Virus record (IMG/VR): IMGVR_UViG_3300035685_000105
Span: 1 to 43,726 of that record
Strand: one strand, 5' to 3'
Origin: a virus
Lineage: Duplodnaviria > Caudoviricetes
Length of the DNA stretch: 43,726 nucleotides
Every line of letters begins with the position of its first letter. Positions within the stretch are counted from its first letter, which is position 1. Position numbers and translations under genes: made by a program. Under the pieces are notes generated by a model. The model worked only from the letters and a program-made list of their open reading frames with translations. It was not told the DNA's origin and made no database searches. Shown here piece by piece: positions 34,721 to 43,229 of the stretch.

Positions 34721-35292
34721 CCATGCACCACGAAGCGATGCGGCTCCAGAAGCGCCTCCACCGAGGCGGGAAGCGCTTCAGCCGCGTAGGCGCGAAACTG
34801 CACCTGGAGGTCAGGTAGCTGGTATGACTGCACGCCATAGGTACCGGGCTGCAGGTGGGGGCGCATCCAGTAGGCCACCAGCTCCGTCGCCGCCTGCTCC
34901 ACGTCGCCCGGCACGCTGTCGGCCTGCGTGTAGCTCACGCGCACGCGGTCGAAACGGAGGGGGGAGAATAGCCGAATCAGTCCCGCCTCCAGATCCTCCA
35001 CCTCGTAGTCGGTGCCTAGGGCGAGTGTTTCTTCATCGGCCCCGACGCCCGCGCGCCCCTTGACGGCCTCCACGCTCTCGATGGCTGGGTACTTCAGGTA
35101 CACCGCGCCGGACGGGCGGTAGTGCGCCTCGTCGGTTTGCTCGCCAACCAACCAGGCGCGGTTGCAGAAGCGGTCAATGCGCTCCTCCGCCCGCCGGGCC
35201 AGCGTCGTGCAGTGCGCCGCCTGCTCGGCGGAGAAGGCCACCCCCAGAAAGGCGGCGACCTTCCCCGCGCCGGTGTACCCTTTAGGCTCCAT
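34717..35292 (-). CDS. head-tail adaptor (gp6-like)
   Basis: AEERIDRFCNR, VPGDVEQAATELVA, VEALLEPHR. Confidence 0.75.
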   Translation of the reverse strand: MEPKGYTGAGKVAAFLGVAFSAEQAAHCTTLARRAEERIDRFCNRAWLVGEQTDEAHYRPSGAVYLKYPAIESVEAVKGRAGVGADEETLALGTDYEVEDLEAGLIRLFSPLRFDRVRVSYTQADSVPGDVEQAATELVAYWMRPHLQPGTYGVQSYQLPDLQVQFRAYAAEALPASVEALLEPHRFVVHG

Positions 35293-35293
35293 C

Positions 35294-35740
35294 CTAGCCT
35301 ACGACCTCATCCACCGTTGCTGCGTCGGCGGCAGGCTGGTAGCGCGCGTTGTGGCCGAGGATCAGTCCGCCCGCGTCGCTCGTCGCCGTGCCCACCGTGA
35401 TGGACAGACGGACGTGCGTGTAGCCGCCGTTCACATCAAGCTCGTCGGCGCGGCAGTTGATGATGGCCTGCTTGTCGTCGTCGGCGTCGGCCTTGGTCAA
35501 CTGCGTGATGGCCTTGCCCGCTACGTCCTTCGCGCTCGCGCCCGCCGCGCTCTTGGCCTGCTCCAGCTTGGCGTCCAGCGTTGCCAGCGCGCCCAGCGTG
35601 CCCGCCAGCACCAGTGCCTGGATCTGCTCGAAGGTGCTCATCGCCACCCAGCCGCTGGTGTAGGTGCCCGTCGTGTAGGCGTCGGGATCAATCACTGCGG
35701 CCAGCGTCGCCTGCTCGCTTGGTTTTACATTGGGATCCAT
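35294..35740 (-). CDS. probable capsid decoration/cement protein
   Basis: Directly after the major capsid gene; AAGGAG RBS; beta-rich, 148 aa. Confidence 0.6.
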   Translation of the reverse strand: MDPNVKPSEQATLAAVIDPDAYTTGTYTSGWVAMSTFEQIQALVLAGTLGALATLDAKLEQAKSAAGASAKDVAGKAITQLTKADADDDKQAIINCRADELDVNGGYTHVRLSITVGTATSDAGGLILGHNARYQPAADAATVDEVVG

Positions 35741-35831
35741 TCCCTTACTCCTTCATGATCGGTTCTTCAGGTCGTCCACTCGGTACGGCAGGGGGCGAGA
35801 CTCCTCACCCCCTCAATCAGAATCGCTAGAC

Positions 35832-37127
35832 TTAGGCGCGGTCGGCCAGCTTCACGAAGTGCGAGCGCGTGGCGCTGCCCTTGGCGGGGCTGACGGGCGT
35901 GGTCAGGAGCGGCTGGCCGCCGAAGCGGAAGGTCCAGCGGAACGCCTGGATGCCGTAGTCGAAGAAGAGATGGATGGATGAATCGAAGGCGACGTTGCCG
36001 CGCGTGATGGCGTAGTACCCCGTGGGGTCGAAAAGCTGGATGTCGCCCGCGTCGCCGAGAGTCGGGCAGTGCTCGGAGAACTGCACGGGGCGACCGAAGA
36101 GGAAGCCACCGGGCGCGTTGGCGAAGCCGGAGGCCGGGGGCGTCCAGATGGGCTGGTTGCCCAGCGTCATTGTCATCAACTGCGGCAGGATGTCCTGGTT
36201 GGCGAGCCAGATGGAGCGGCCCGGATTCAGAGCCCGGCTGTACGTCTTCGCCACATTGGCCGCGACGATGGTATCGGCAGCCTGCCCCGCCTCCTTCGCC
36301 ACCTCGACCATCGCGCCGGAACCCAGGTAGCCGAGCGGCTGCCCGACGCCTGTACCCGTCATGATGGCCTCCGACGCCTTGTAGGCGATGGCCTGCGGTG
36401 CCTTGCGGGTCAGCCGCTCGTTGAGTCGCGGGCCATCGGCGAGTAGCTCGTCGGTGGAGAGGACGAAGGCGTATAGCTCGTGCGCCTTCACCGCCTGCAT
36501 CTTCGTCGCCATCTTGCTGGCGGTCATCTGCGTACCCTCGCCGCGCCACGATGCCTGGATGCCGGTAGCGCCCCACGGGGTGGTCTCGTCGGTGAGGATC
36601 TCGACCGAGTTGGAGCTGGTCGGCTCCGGGTTCACCATGGAGAGGAGGCTGCCCGTCTCAAAGACGAGTTCCCAGATCTCATTTCGCATCGCCGGGGGCA
36701 CGTTGTAACCCTCGCCGGAGTTCCCGCCCTCCTGGTGGAAGTTGGTCGGGGCCGCGCCGATACGCAGCCGCTCGTCAACGTGCCCGCCGATTCGGCTCGC
36801 GCCGCGCACGGCCAGGGCGAAATCGGCGAGGTTGGCGAAGCCGCGCTTGGGGTCGTCCTCGGCGCGGTCGCGCATCCCGCTCACAACCGCCTGCTCGGCA
36901 GCCTGGCGATTGCCGTCCTGCACCGGGGCGACGGAGCGCTCCCGCTCGCGGCGCGCCTCATGGCGCTTGATGTCGGCGTTCACCTGGGTCAGCCGCGCGT
37001 TGATGGCATCGTCGCGTGCCGCTTCCTCGGCGTTGAGGCCGCGCCCTGCTCTCTCGGCAGCCTCGAAGAGCGCCCTGCCCTCGGCCACCAAGTCTGCCCG
37101 CTCCTGAAGTAGAGCCTTGTATTCCAC
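35832..37127 (-). CDS. HK97-fold major capsid protein with an N-terminal delta/scaffold domain
   Basis: Coiled-coil N-terminus; GYNVPP, STDELLAD, GTGVGQPLG, LFGRPV; AAGGAG RBS before GTG 37127. Confidence 0.93.
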   Translation of the reverse strand: MEYKALLQERADLVAEGRALFEAAERAGRGLNAEEAARDDAINARLTQVNADIKRHEARRERERSVAPVQDGNRQAAEQAVVSGMRDRAEDDPKRGFANLADFALAVRGASRIGGHVDERLRIGAAPTNFHQEGGNSGEGYNVPPAMRNEIWELVFETGSLLSMVNPEPTSSNSVEILTDETTPWGATGIQASWRGEGTQMTASKMATKMQAVKAHELYAFVLSTDELLADGPRLNERLTRKAPQAIAYKASEAIMTGTGVGQPLGYLGSGAMVEVAKEAGQAADTIVAANVAKTYSRALNPGRSIWLANQDILPQLMTMTLGNQPIWTPPASGFANAPGGFLFGRPVQFSEHCPTLGDAGDIQLFDPTGYYAITRGNVAFDSSIHLFFDYGIQAFRWTFRFGGQPLLTTPVSPAKGSATRSHFVKLADRA

Positions 37128-37178
37128 AGTCGTTACTCCTTGATTGTCGGTTTTCGTTAGCGCTTCGGCCCCAGCGCC

Positions 37179-37240
37179 TGCTCGACGGAGCAACGCGACG
37201 CGGCCCTCTGGGCTGCCCGGTCTCGACGGAGCCGGGCAGC
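37179..37240 (-). other. structured intergenic leader upstream of the capsid gene
   Basis: Two hairpins with the identical apex CTC-CGTC-GAG (37181-37190 and 37222-37231). Confidence 0.55.
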
Positions 37241-37244
37241 GGGG

Positions 37245-38177
37245 TTATCCCTGCTCGGCCAGCCGCAGGCGGCGGCGGCGCAGGTCCAGATCATCACTCT
37301 CGGCGGAGGCCGAGGCCCCGGAGGGCTTCCGCCTGCCCCGTGCCAGCCGCTCGATGGTCTCGTCGAGCGTGCCCACGCGGTCAGCCATGCCCAGTGCCAC
37401 GGCCTGCCGCGCCCCCACGCAGCGCCCCTCGCCGAAGCCGCTCCGCACGTCGGCGGCTTTGACCCCACGATGGCGCGCGACGGCAGCCACGAACATCCCG
37501 TAATAGTCGTCCACCCGCGCCTGGAGCGCCGCCTGCGCCTCCTCGCCGAGCGGCTCGTAGGGGTTCGCCTCGACCTTGTACTTCCCGGCGCTGACGAGCG
37601 TCGGCTTCACGCCCTCGGCCTCCAGCGCCGCGCTCCAGTCCTCGTGGACCATGAAGACGCCGATGCTGCCCACCTCGCCAGAGGGCGTTACCACCACCTC
37701 GTCCGCAGCACTGGCAATCCAGTACGCCGCGCTCGCCGCGAGGCTGTTGGCGACCGCCACGATGGGCTTGGTACCACGCGCCTTGTAGATTTCAGCCGCC
37801 AGCTCCTCGACGCCGGAGACCGCGCCGCCGGGCGAGTCCACGTCCAGCACGATGGAGCCGATGCTCGTATCCGCCACCAGCTCGCGGAACTGCCGCGCCA
37901 CGCGCTCGGTCGAGGTGCCGCCGCTCGTCTCCGTAAAGATGTCCGCGCGCTGCACCACCGTCCCGTAGAGCGGCAGCACCGCCACGCCGCCCGCCACCCG
38001 CGAGCCGGGGCGTACTACCGCGCCAATGCGCTGCTGCACCTCCTCGGCGCTCAGGTTCCCGCCCTGCGCCTTGAAGGCGACGAGATCAAGGATGGTCGCC
38101 AGCTTCCCCGGCAGAATCGCCCAGGGCGTCTCCTGCACCGCGCGCACGATGTGCCGATACTTCAGTTCATTCCCCAC
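37245..38177 (-). CDS. prohead protease, peptidase S49 (SppA-type)
   Basis: DVDSPGG, LAASAAYWIAS, GSIGV, AGKYK. Confidence 0.92.
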   Translation of the reverse strand: MGNELKYRHIVRAVQETPWAILPGKLATILDLVAFKAQGGNLSAEEVQQRIGAVVRPGSRVAGGVAVLPLYGTVVQRADIFTETSGGTSTERVARQFRELVADTSIGSIVLDVDSPGGAVSGVEELAAEIYKARGTKPIVAVANSLAASAAYWIASAADEVVVTPSGEVGSIGVFMVHEDWSAALEAEGVKPTLVSAGKYKVEANPYEPLGEEAQAALQARVDDYYGMFVAAVARHRGVKAADVRSGFGEGRCVGARQAVALGMADRVGTLDETIERLARGRRKPSGASASAESDDLDLRRRRLRLAEQG

Positions 38178-39705
38178 GGTGCTCCTCCGTCATCCGCTGC
38201 ACGAGCCACGAGACGCTCGACGCTTCCAGGTTGGCTAGCCACGCGGGGCCTCCCGCAATGAGGTCGCAGAGTTGTTTGCCCACGTAGCTGTTTGCCGCCT
38301 CCGGCCCGATGTGGAGGGTCTCGGCCACAAGCGGGGCGTGCTCCCGATAAAAGGATTCAACGGCCTCTGCCCACGCCAGCGAGTCGCCCTCTGTGCGCTT
38401 GGCTGCCTTCGTCATCGCGGCGATTTCCTTGCGAACCACTCGCGCCGCCGCGTCGTGAGTCAACTGCTGGTAGTGAGCGCCCCCCGCTCTCGATGAGCCG
38501 GGCTTGGCCTCCGCCGCTTTACCCGCCTCCCCCATGTTCAGGGGCTGGAGGTAGATGTCGCCGTTGGGGATCGGATTCTGGTTTTCCAGACGGCGCACAT
38601 CATTGGCGCTCATGGTGCCTATGTTGCGCGCAATCTGATACGCCTCGTAGCGACTCTTCGTGTCTCCCCGTAGCAGTGTGTCAACTAAAAACTCTGCGAA
38701 ATACTTGTTGCCAGCAATGATGAGATCGCGGTCAATCGCCTGCTCCCATCGCTGGAGCCACGGCAAAAGCGTGTAAATCACAAAACCAATCGATAGCTGC
38801 TCGATGCCCGTGCCCCAGCTCGTCGCCTTCGACGTGACGCCGATCATGTGAGGCGAGACGCGGAACCAGCGTGCGATGTCCTCGGCGGTAAACTCCCGCG
38901 TCTGGAGGAACTGCGCGTCCTCCGGCGCGACGCCCATCTGCTGCCACTTGACTCCGTCTTCGAGGACGGCCACCTTGTGGCTGTTGCCGACGCCCGCGTG
39001 CGCGGCCTTCCAGGAGGCCGCCAGGCGTCCCGCCGCTTTGTCAGAAAGCTCCTTGTCCGTCTGGAGCACCCCCCCTGGGCGCGAATCGTTGCCGAAGAAG
39101 CGCGCCCCATAGGCTTCCGCCGCCAGTCCGAGGCCGAGCGACTCCCGCGCGTAGGTGATCACCGAGACGCCCGTCAGCCCGTCAAAAGAGGGGCCGCGCA
39201 GGTGAAACATATCCTCGTCGAGGATGATCCGGTCACGCCCGTCCACCTCGCGCACCTTGTAGCGTGGGCGGCCATCTTCCAGCCGCTCCACCGTCACCCG
39301 GTCAGGGTGCAGGGGAATAAGCTGGTCCACCGCGCCGCGCGGCCCGGGCACGATCTCCGCGTAGCCGTTGCCGCGCAGGAGGACGTGGCCCATCAGCATC
39401 TCTTTGAACTCGAAGGCCGTCTGCCACCTGTTGGGCTGCCGATGCAGGATGTCGTAGAGCGGATGATTCGGTGCCCGCTCGCGCCCGCCATCGGTGAGCC
39501 GCACGAACATGAGGAGCGGCAGCATCGCCACCGTCTCGGATAGCAGCCGCACGCAGGCCCACACCGCCGAGAGCCGCAGCGCCGTCTCCGCGTTCACCGT
39601 CACGCCCGCCTGCGTCGGTCCCTCCGCCGTCGGCGTCCACCAGCGCCCGTCGTTCGGGTCGCGGCTGCTTGCCGATGGCGTCAGGAGTGTCGAGAGAAGG
39701 CCCAC
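38167..39705 (-). CDS. HK97-family portal protein
   Basis: SAVWACV, PNRWQT, LLRGNGY, PLHPDRV, QFLQTR, IARWFRVSPHMIG. Confidence 0.95.
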   Translation of the reverse strand: MGLLSTLLTPSASSRDPNDGRWWTPTAEGPTQAGVTVNAETALRLSAVWACVRLLSETVAMLPLLMFVRLTDGGRERAPNHPLYDILHRQPNRWQTAFEFKEMLMGHVLLRGNGYAEIVPGPRGAVDQLIPLHPDRVTVERLEDGRPRYKVREVDGRDRIILDEDMFHLRGPSFDGLTGVSVITYARESLGLGLAAEAYGARFFGNDSRPGGVLQTDKELSDKAAGRLAASWKAAHAGVGNSHKVAVLEDGVKWQQMGVAPEDAQFLQTREFTAEDIARWFRVSPHMIGVTSKATSWGTGIEQLSIGFVIYTLLPWLQRWEQAIDRDLIIAGNKYFAEFLVDTLLRGDTKSRYEAYQIARNIGTMSANDVRRLENQNPIPNGDIYLQPLNMGEAGKAAEAKPGSSRAGGAHYQQLTHDAAARVVRKEIAAMTKAAKRTEGDSLAWAEAVESFYREHAPLVAETLHIGPEAANSYVGKQLCDLIAGGPAWLANLEASSVSWLVQRMTEEHRGE

Positions 39706-39896
39706 TAGCTACCCTTCTCCGGGGCTGGCTTGCGGAGCGACCAGAGGCTAAGCACCAGGAAGAGCGCGCCCACCACGACGAAAGCCAGCGCGGGCAGCAG
39801 CATCCACAGGCCGCGCGCAAACAGCAGCAGCCCCACCAGAAACGCCACGTCGCGCAGCTCGATATGTTTCAGTGCCTTGCCAGCGACTTCCCTCAC
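39705..39896 (-). CDS. small two-TM membrane protein upstream of the portal
   Basis: Hydrophobic 63 aa at a position commonly occupied in HK97-like phages. Confidence 0.65.
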   Translation of the reverse strand: MREVAGKALKHIELRDVAFLVGLLLFARGLWMLLPALAFVVVGALFLVLSLWSLRKPAPEKGS

Positions 39897-39898
39897 GT

Positions 39899-40138
39899 TC
39901 AGCCTTCTATCCTTTGGGCAACCAGCACATCCACGTTCTCTTCCACAATGCGTGCTCGGTACGGGCCGATGACGAGCACATCGCCCTCGCGTCGAAGAAG
40001 CGCCGGATCGGCCTGCTCCAAGAGGTCACGGGTGACGCCGATGGTGTTCCCACCGACCCACTCAAAGCTGTATTGCCGCAACCCCTCATCAATGGTTTGT
40101 TCGCACGCCTGTACTCTTCCAGTTATGTGGTTACTCAT
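39899..40138 (-). CDS. hypothetical protein between terminase and portal
   Basis: ATGA overlap with the terL stop; 79 aa. Confidence 0.6.
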   Translation of the reverse strand: MSNHITGRVQACEQTIDEGLRQYSFEWVGGNTIGVTRDLLEQADPALLRREGDVLVIGPYRARIVEENVDVLVAQRIEG

Positions 40139-41823
40139 ATCACCAAAATTCCTCGCTCTTCGTAGACCGACCCGGCGTTACCGTTGCGAATCGCCCGATC
40201 CAGGGCCATGATGAGCGCCACCACGCCGTCAATCTTCTCGGTACTCTTTGACTTGTCCGGCTTCAGGTTCCCCGCCGGGTCCTGCTTCACCACCATGTTC
40301 GAGGCCATCCAGCGCAGCACCGGGTTCCCGCCGTGGCGGATGCGTCCCGCGAGCACCAGACTCATCAGCTCCTTCGTCGGCTCGCTCATCGTCTGGAAGC
40401 CCTGCCGCACCGGCACCACGTTCAGCCCCTCCTCCTGGAGGTGGATCGAGATCTGCGTCGCGCTCCAGGGGTCGTACCCCAACTCTGCGATAGTGAACTC
40501 TTCGGCCAGTTCCCCGATCCGCGCCTCGATGGCGCGGTAGTCAATGACGTTGCCCTCCGTCGTCTCGATGAACCCCTGCTCTGCCCACGTCAGGTAGGGC
40601 ACGTTGCCGCTGCGCGTCCGCTCGATGACCGTCTCTTCCGGCACCCAGAAGAAGGGAAGGATGTCGTAGCCAACCGGCTCCTCGTCGTCGGGGAAAAGGG
40701 CCACCGCCGCCGTGATGTCGCTCGTCGAGGAGAGGTCCACCGCCACGTAGCAGCGCCGCCCCGCCAGCTTCTCCCGGTCCACCTCCCCGTCGCACTCGTC
40801 CCACTTCGCCACATCCATCCAGCGGTCCGCCTGCTCGGTCCAGACATTCAGGTGCAGCCGCTTGAAGGCATTCTGCTCGGCGGGGATGCTCTTGGCCCGC
40901 TCGGCCTTCCGCGCCAGGTCGTCCGGCTTGACCGAGACTCCCCAGTTCGGGTTGGCCTTCGCCCACACCGTCGGGTCGGTCCAGTCGTCCTCCTTATCGA
41001 TGGAGGCGACGAAGGCGAACCATGTGTCATCCTCGACGATGGCCTGCAGCACCTGCTCCGAGTAGCGGTGGTGCTGCCAGCAGACCGAGAGCCGGTCCCA
41101 CCCCGCCGTCGTAATCTCGAAGATGAGCGCCTGCCGCCGCGCGCCGGTCGCCGTATCCAGCACGTCCACCACGCCGCGCGTCTTGTGCGCGTGCAGCTCG
41201 TCGATCAACGCGCCGTGCAGGTTCAGGCCGTCCATCGTGTCCGCGTCGGCACCGAGCGGCTCGTACTTCGAGTTGGTCGCCGGGACGTTCAGGTTGTCCT
41301 TGAAGACCCGGACCCGCTTCCGCAACGCGGGCGACGCCTTGACCATGCGCGTCGCCTCGCCGTGCGTGATGCGCGCCTGGTCGCGTTTGGTGGCCGCCGT
41401 ATAGACTTCAGCGCCTGGCTCCCCATCTGCCACCAGCAGGTAGAGGCCGACGCCACTTGCTAAGGTGCTCTTCCCGTTCTTGCGCGGGATTTCGACGTAG
41501 GCGTTGCGAAACCGACGTAGCCCATCGGCGCGCTTCCACCCGAAAATCGAACCAACGATAAACTGTTGCCACGGCTCAAGCCGGAATGACTCCCCGGCCC
41601 ACTCCCCTTTGGAGTGCTTCAGCCAGCCAAAGAATTCAATCGCGTGTTGGGCGGCATCCTCGTCGAAGTAGAGGCCGCGCCCGGCACCCGCCTCCAGGTC
41701 GCGGAGATGCCGGGCGCACGCCTGCCGGATGAGTTCCCCGGCGAGGATCTCCCCGGAAACCACCGCCTCGGCGTACTCGTGAACGACCCACCAGCCCTGC
41801 TCACTTGCTGCCACCTGCGCCAC
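40135..41823 (-). CDS. terL: terminase large subunit
   Basis: LEPWQ, IPRKNGKST, LIDELH, ITTAG, VDLS, KIDGVVALIMA. Confidence 0.96.
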   Translation of the reverse strand: MAQVAASEQGWWVVHEYAEAVVSGEILAGELIRQACARHLRDLEAGAGRGLYFDEDAAQHAIEFFGWLKHSKGEWAGESFRLEPWQQFIVGSIFGWKRADGLRRFRNAYVEIPRKNGKSTLASGVGLYLLVADGEPGAEVYTAATKRDQARITHGEATRMVKASPALRKRVRVFKDNLNVPATNSKYEPLGADADTMDGLNLHGALIDELHAHKTRGVVDVLDTATGARRQALIFEITTAGWDRLSVCWQHHRYSEQVLQAIVEDDTWFAFVASIDKEDDWTDPTVWAKANPNWGVSVKPDDLARKAERAKSIPAEQNAFKRLHLNVWTEQADRWMDVAKWDECDGEVDREKLAGRRCYVAVDLSSTSDITAAVALFPDDEEPVGYDILPFFWVPEETVIERTRSGNVPYLTWAEQGFIETTEGNVIDYRAIEARIGELAEEFTIAELGYDPWSATQISIHLQEEGLNVVPVRQGFQTMSEPTKELMSLVLAGRIRHGGNPVLRWMASNMVVKQDPAGNLKPDKSKSTEKIDGVVALIMALDRAIRNGNAGSVYEERGILVI

Positions 41824-42283
41824 GCTTCATGTAACCCTCGAACGGATCCTCTTCCTGGTCCGGCTCCGGCAACGTCATCCGGCCCCTGGCCGAGGGCGTC
41901 AGCCCAAACTCCGCCGCGAACTGCTTGATGGTTGCCCAGCACTGCTTGGCAATGGAGATGGCGGGGTGCGCCCCCACGTAGCCCTTCTCCGTCGTGAAGG
42001 TCGTCCCCTCCTCAGCGAGCGTCTTCTCCGCCTCCATCCAGCGGGCATACGCCTGGCAGTAGACCGCGAGCGCCGCCACGTCCACCTCGGTCAGCAGCCC
42101 CATCTCGTGCAGCACCGGGGCGACACGCTTCCACTCTTTCTTAGCGTTTTCGCTCAAAAACGCTGGGCTTTTCGGCGCTTTTGCACTGGTTTTTGGCTTC
42201 GGTTCAGCCCGGTTCAGGGACCGTTTCCCAGGGTTCCCGCCGAGTACTTTCAGTGATGTAGGCTTGGGTGACCGCCCTGCCAT
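41801..42283 (-). CDS. terS: terminase small subunit (P27 family)
   Basis: GRSPKPTSLKVLGGNPGKR, EWKRV, HPAI, EFGLTPSAR. Confidence 0.93.
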   Translation of the reverse strand: MAGRSPKPTSLKVLGGNPGKRSLNRAEPKPKTSAKAPKSPAFLSENAKKEWKRVAPVLHEMGLLTEVDVAALAVYCQAYARWMEAEKTLAEEGTTFTTEKGYVGAHPAISIAKQCWATIKQFAAEFGLTPSARGRMTLPEPDQEEDPFEGYMKRGAGGSK

Positions 42284-42522
42284 AGCCCCCCCCATCGAAT
42301 TTCGCGGCCGTGTGAGGAAGAGTCCCCATGCCGGTCTATTTGCAGCGCTGTGAACTTTCGCACCCCCCTACCCCTTCGACCCGTTGAGTGGCGGTGTCGA
42401 GACCAGGGCTTGAGGCCATGAAGCTGTGCGGCCAGTGCTTGTAGGGCACGAGTCGCCTTCCCGCAGGCGTCAATAAGAGGCGTAACGTCGGCTCGGAACT
42501 CTATTGAAGGTAACTGGCTCAT
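42250..42522 (-). CDS. hypothetical protein
   Basis: ATGA-coupled to the HNH stop; its 3' part reads through the putative cos region. Confidence 0.4.
   Translation of the reverse strand: MSQLPSIEFRADVTPLIDACGKATRALQALAAQLHGLKPWSRHRHSTGRRGRGVRKFTALQIDRHGDSSSHGREIRWGGLWQGGHPSLHH
42286..42375 (-). other. probable cos/packaging-initiation region
   Basis: G-run-bounded segment GGGGTAGGGGGGTGCGAAAG...CGCGAAATTCGATGGGGGGG between HNH and terS, where HK97-like phages place cos. Confidence 0.5.
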
Positions 42523-42860
42523 CGTCTCCACCCGCCGCCGTTCTCTCTGTTCGTCTTTTGGCTGTGGTGCATCTTGCACATCGCCTGGAGGTTCGTCCAC
42601 TCGTTGGTACCGCCGTCGCGCAAGGCTTTGATGTGGTCCACCTCGGTTGCCTGCTCACTACAGACGACGCACGTTGGATGCTTCTTGAGGTAGGCCGCGC
42701 GGATGCGTCGCCACTTGGCATCGTAGCCGCGCTGGGCGGCGCTGGGCCGCTCGTCTGCTGGCCTCTCGCGTGGCTGGTAGTGCGTAGCGCAGTAGCCGCC
42801 GTGCGTGGCGCGTCCAGGGCAGCTACGGTGGCGACATGCGCCAAGTGGTCGCGTGGGCAC
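42519..42860 (-). CDS. terminase-associated HNH endonuclease (HK97 gp74-like)
   Basis: RGYDAKWRRIR, CVVC, EVDHIK, NLQAMCKMHHSQKT. Confidence 0.92.
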   Translation of the reverse strand: MPTRPLGACRHRSCPGRATHGGYCATHYQPRERPADERPSAAQRGYDAKWRRIRAAYLKKHPTCVVCSEQATEVDHIKALRDGGTNEWTNLQAMCKMHHSQKTNRENGGGWRR

Positions 42861-43010
42861 CTACTTCGACCTGCCGTGGCAGTGCTTCCACTTCCTGCGG
42901 CTGAGGCAGGGGCAGGGCGTGTTGCGGTCCCTACCCTTCATCTGCCGGATACGAGGCTGGGGGCGCAACCCATTCGAGAGCGCCTGCATGGCTTGAATCA
43001 AGGGGTTCAT
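42861..43010 (-). CDS. 49-aa SEC-C motif peptide
   Basis: MNPLIQAMQALSNGLRPQPRIRQMKGRDRNTPCPCLSRRKWKHCHGRSK; abuts both neighbours with no gap. Confidence 0.7.
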   Translation of the reverse strand: MNPLIQAMQALSNGLRPQPRIRQMKGRDRNTPCPCLSRRKWKHCHGRSK

Positions 43011-43229
43011 CTACCAGACCTCCAGCCACTCCAGCGGCCACTCGTAGCGGTGCAGCACCACACACTTCCAGGCTCCATCCACGTACTCCTCAACGAGGAG
43101 CAGCACGCTTTCGCGGTACATGCCCGCGCCGAAGGCTTTCTCGATGACTTGGCCGGGGCGGTACCAACTCCGGGGCGTTTCAAGCTGCCAGGTCTGGACG
43201 GTCTCCGGCGCGGCGTCGAGGGGGTCCAT
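43011..43229 (-). CDS. hypothetical protein
   Basis: TGATG coupling to the holin stop. Confidence 0.6.
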   Translation of the reverse strand: MDPLDAAPETVQTWQLETPRSWYRPGQVIEKAFGAGMYRESVLLLVEEYVDGAWKCVVLHRYEWPLEWLEVW

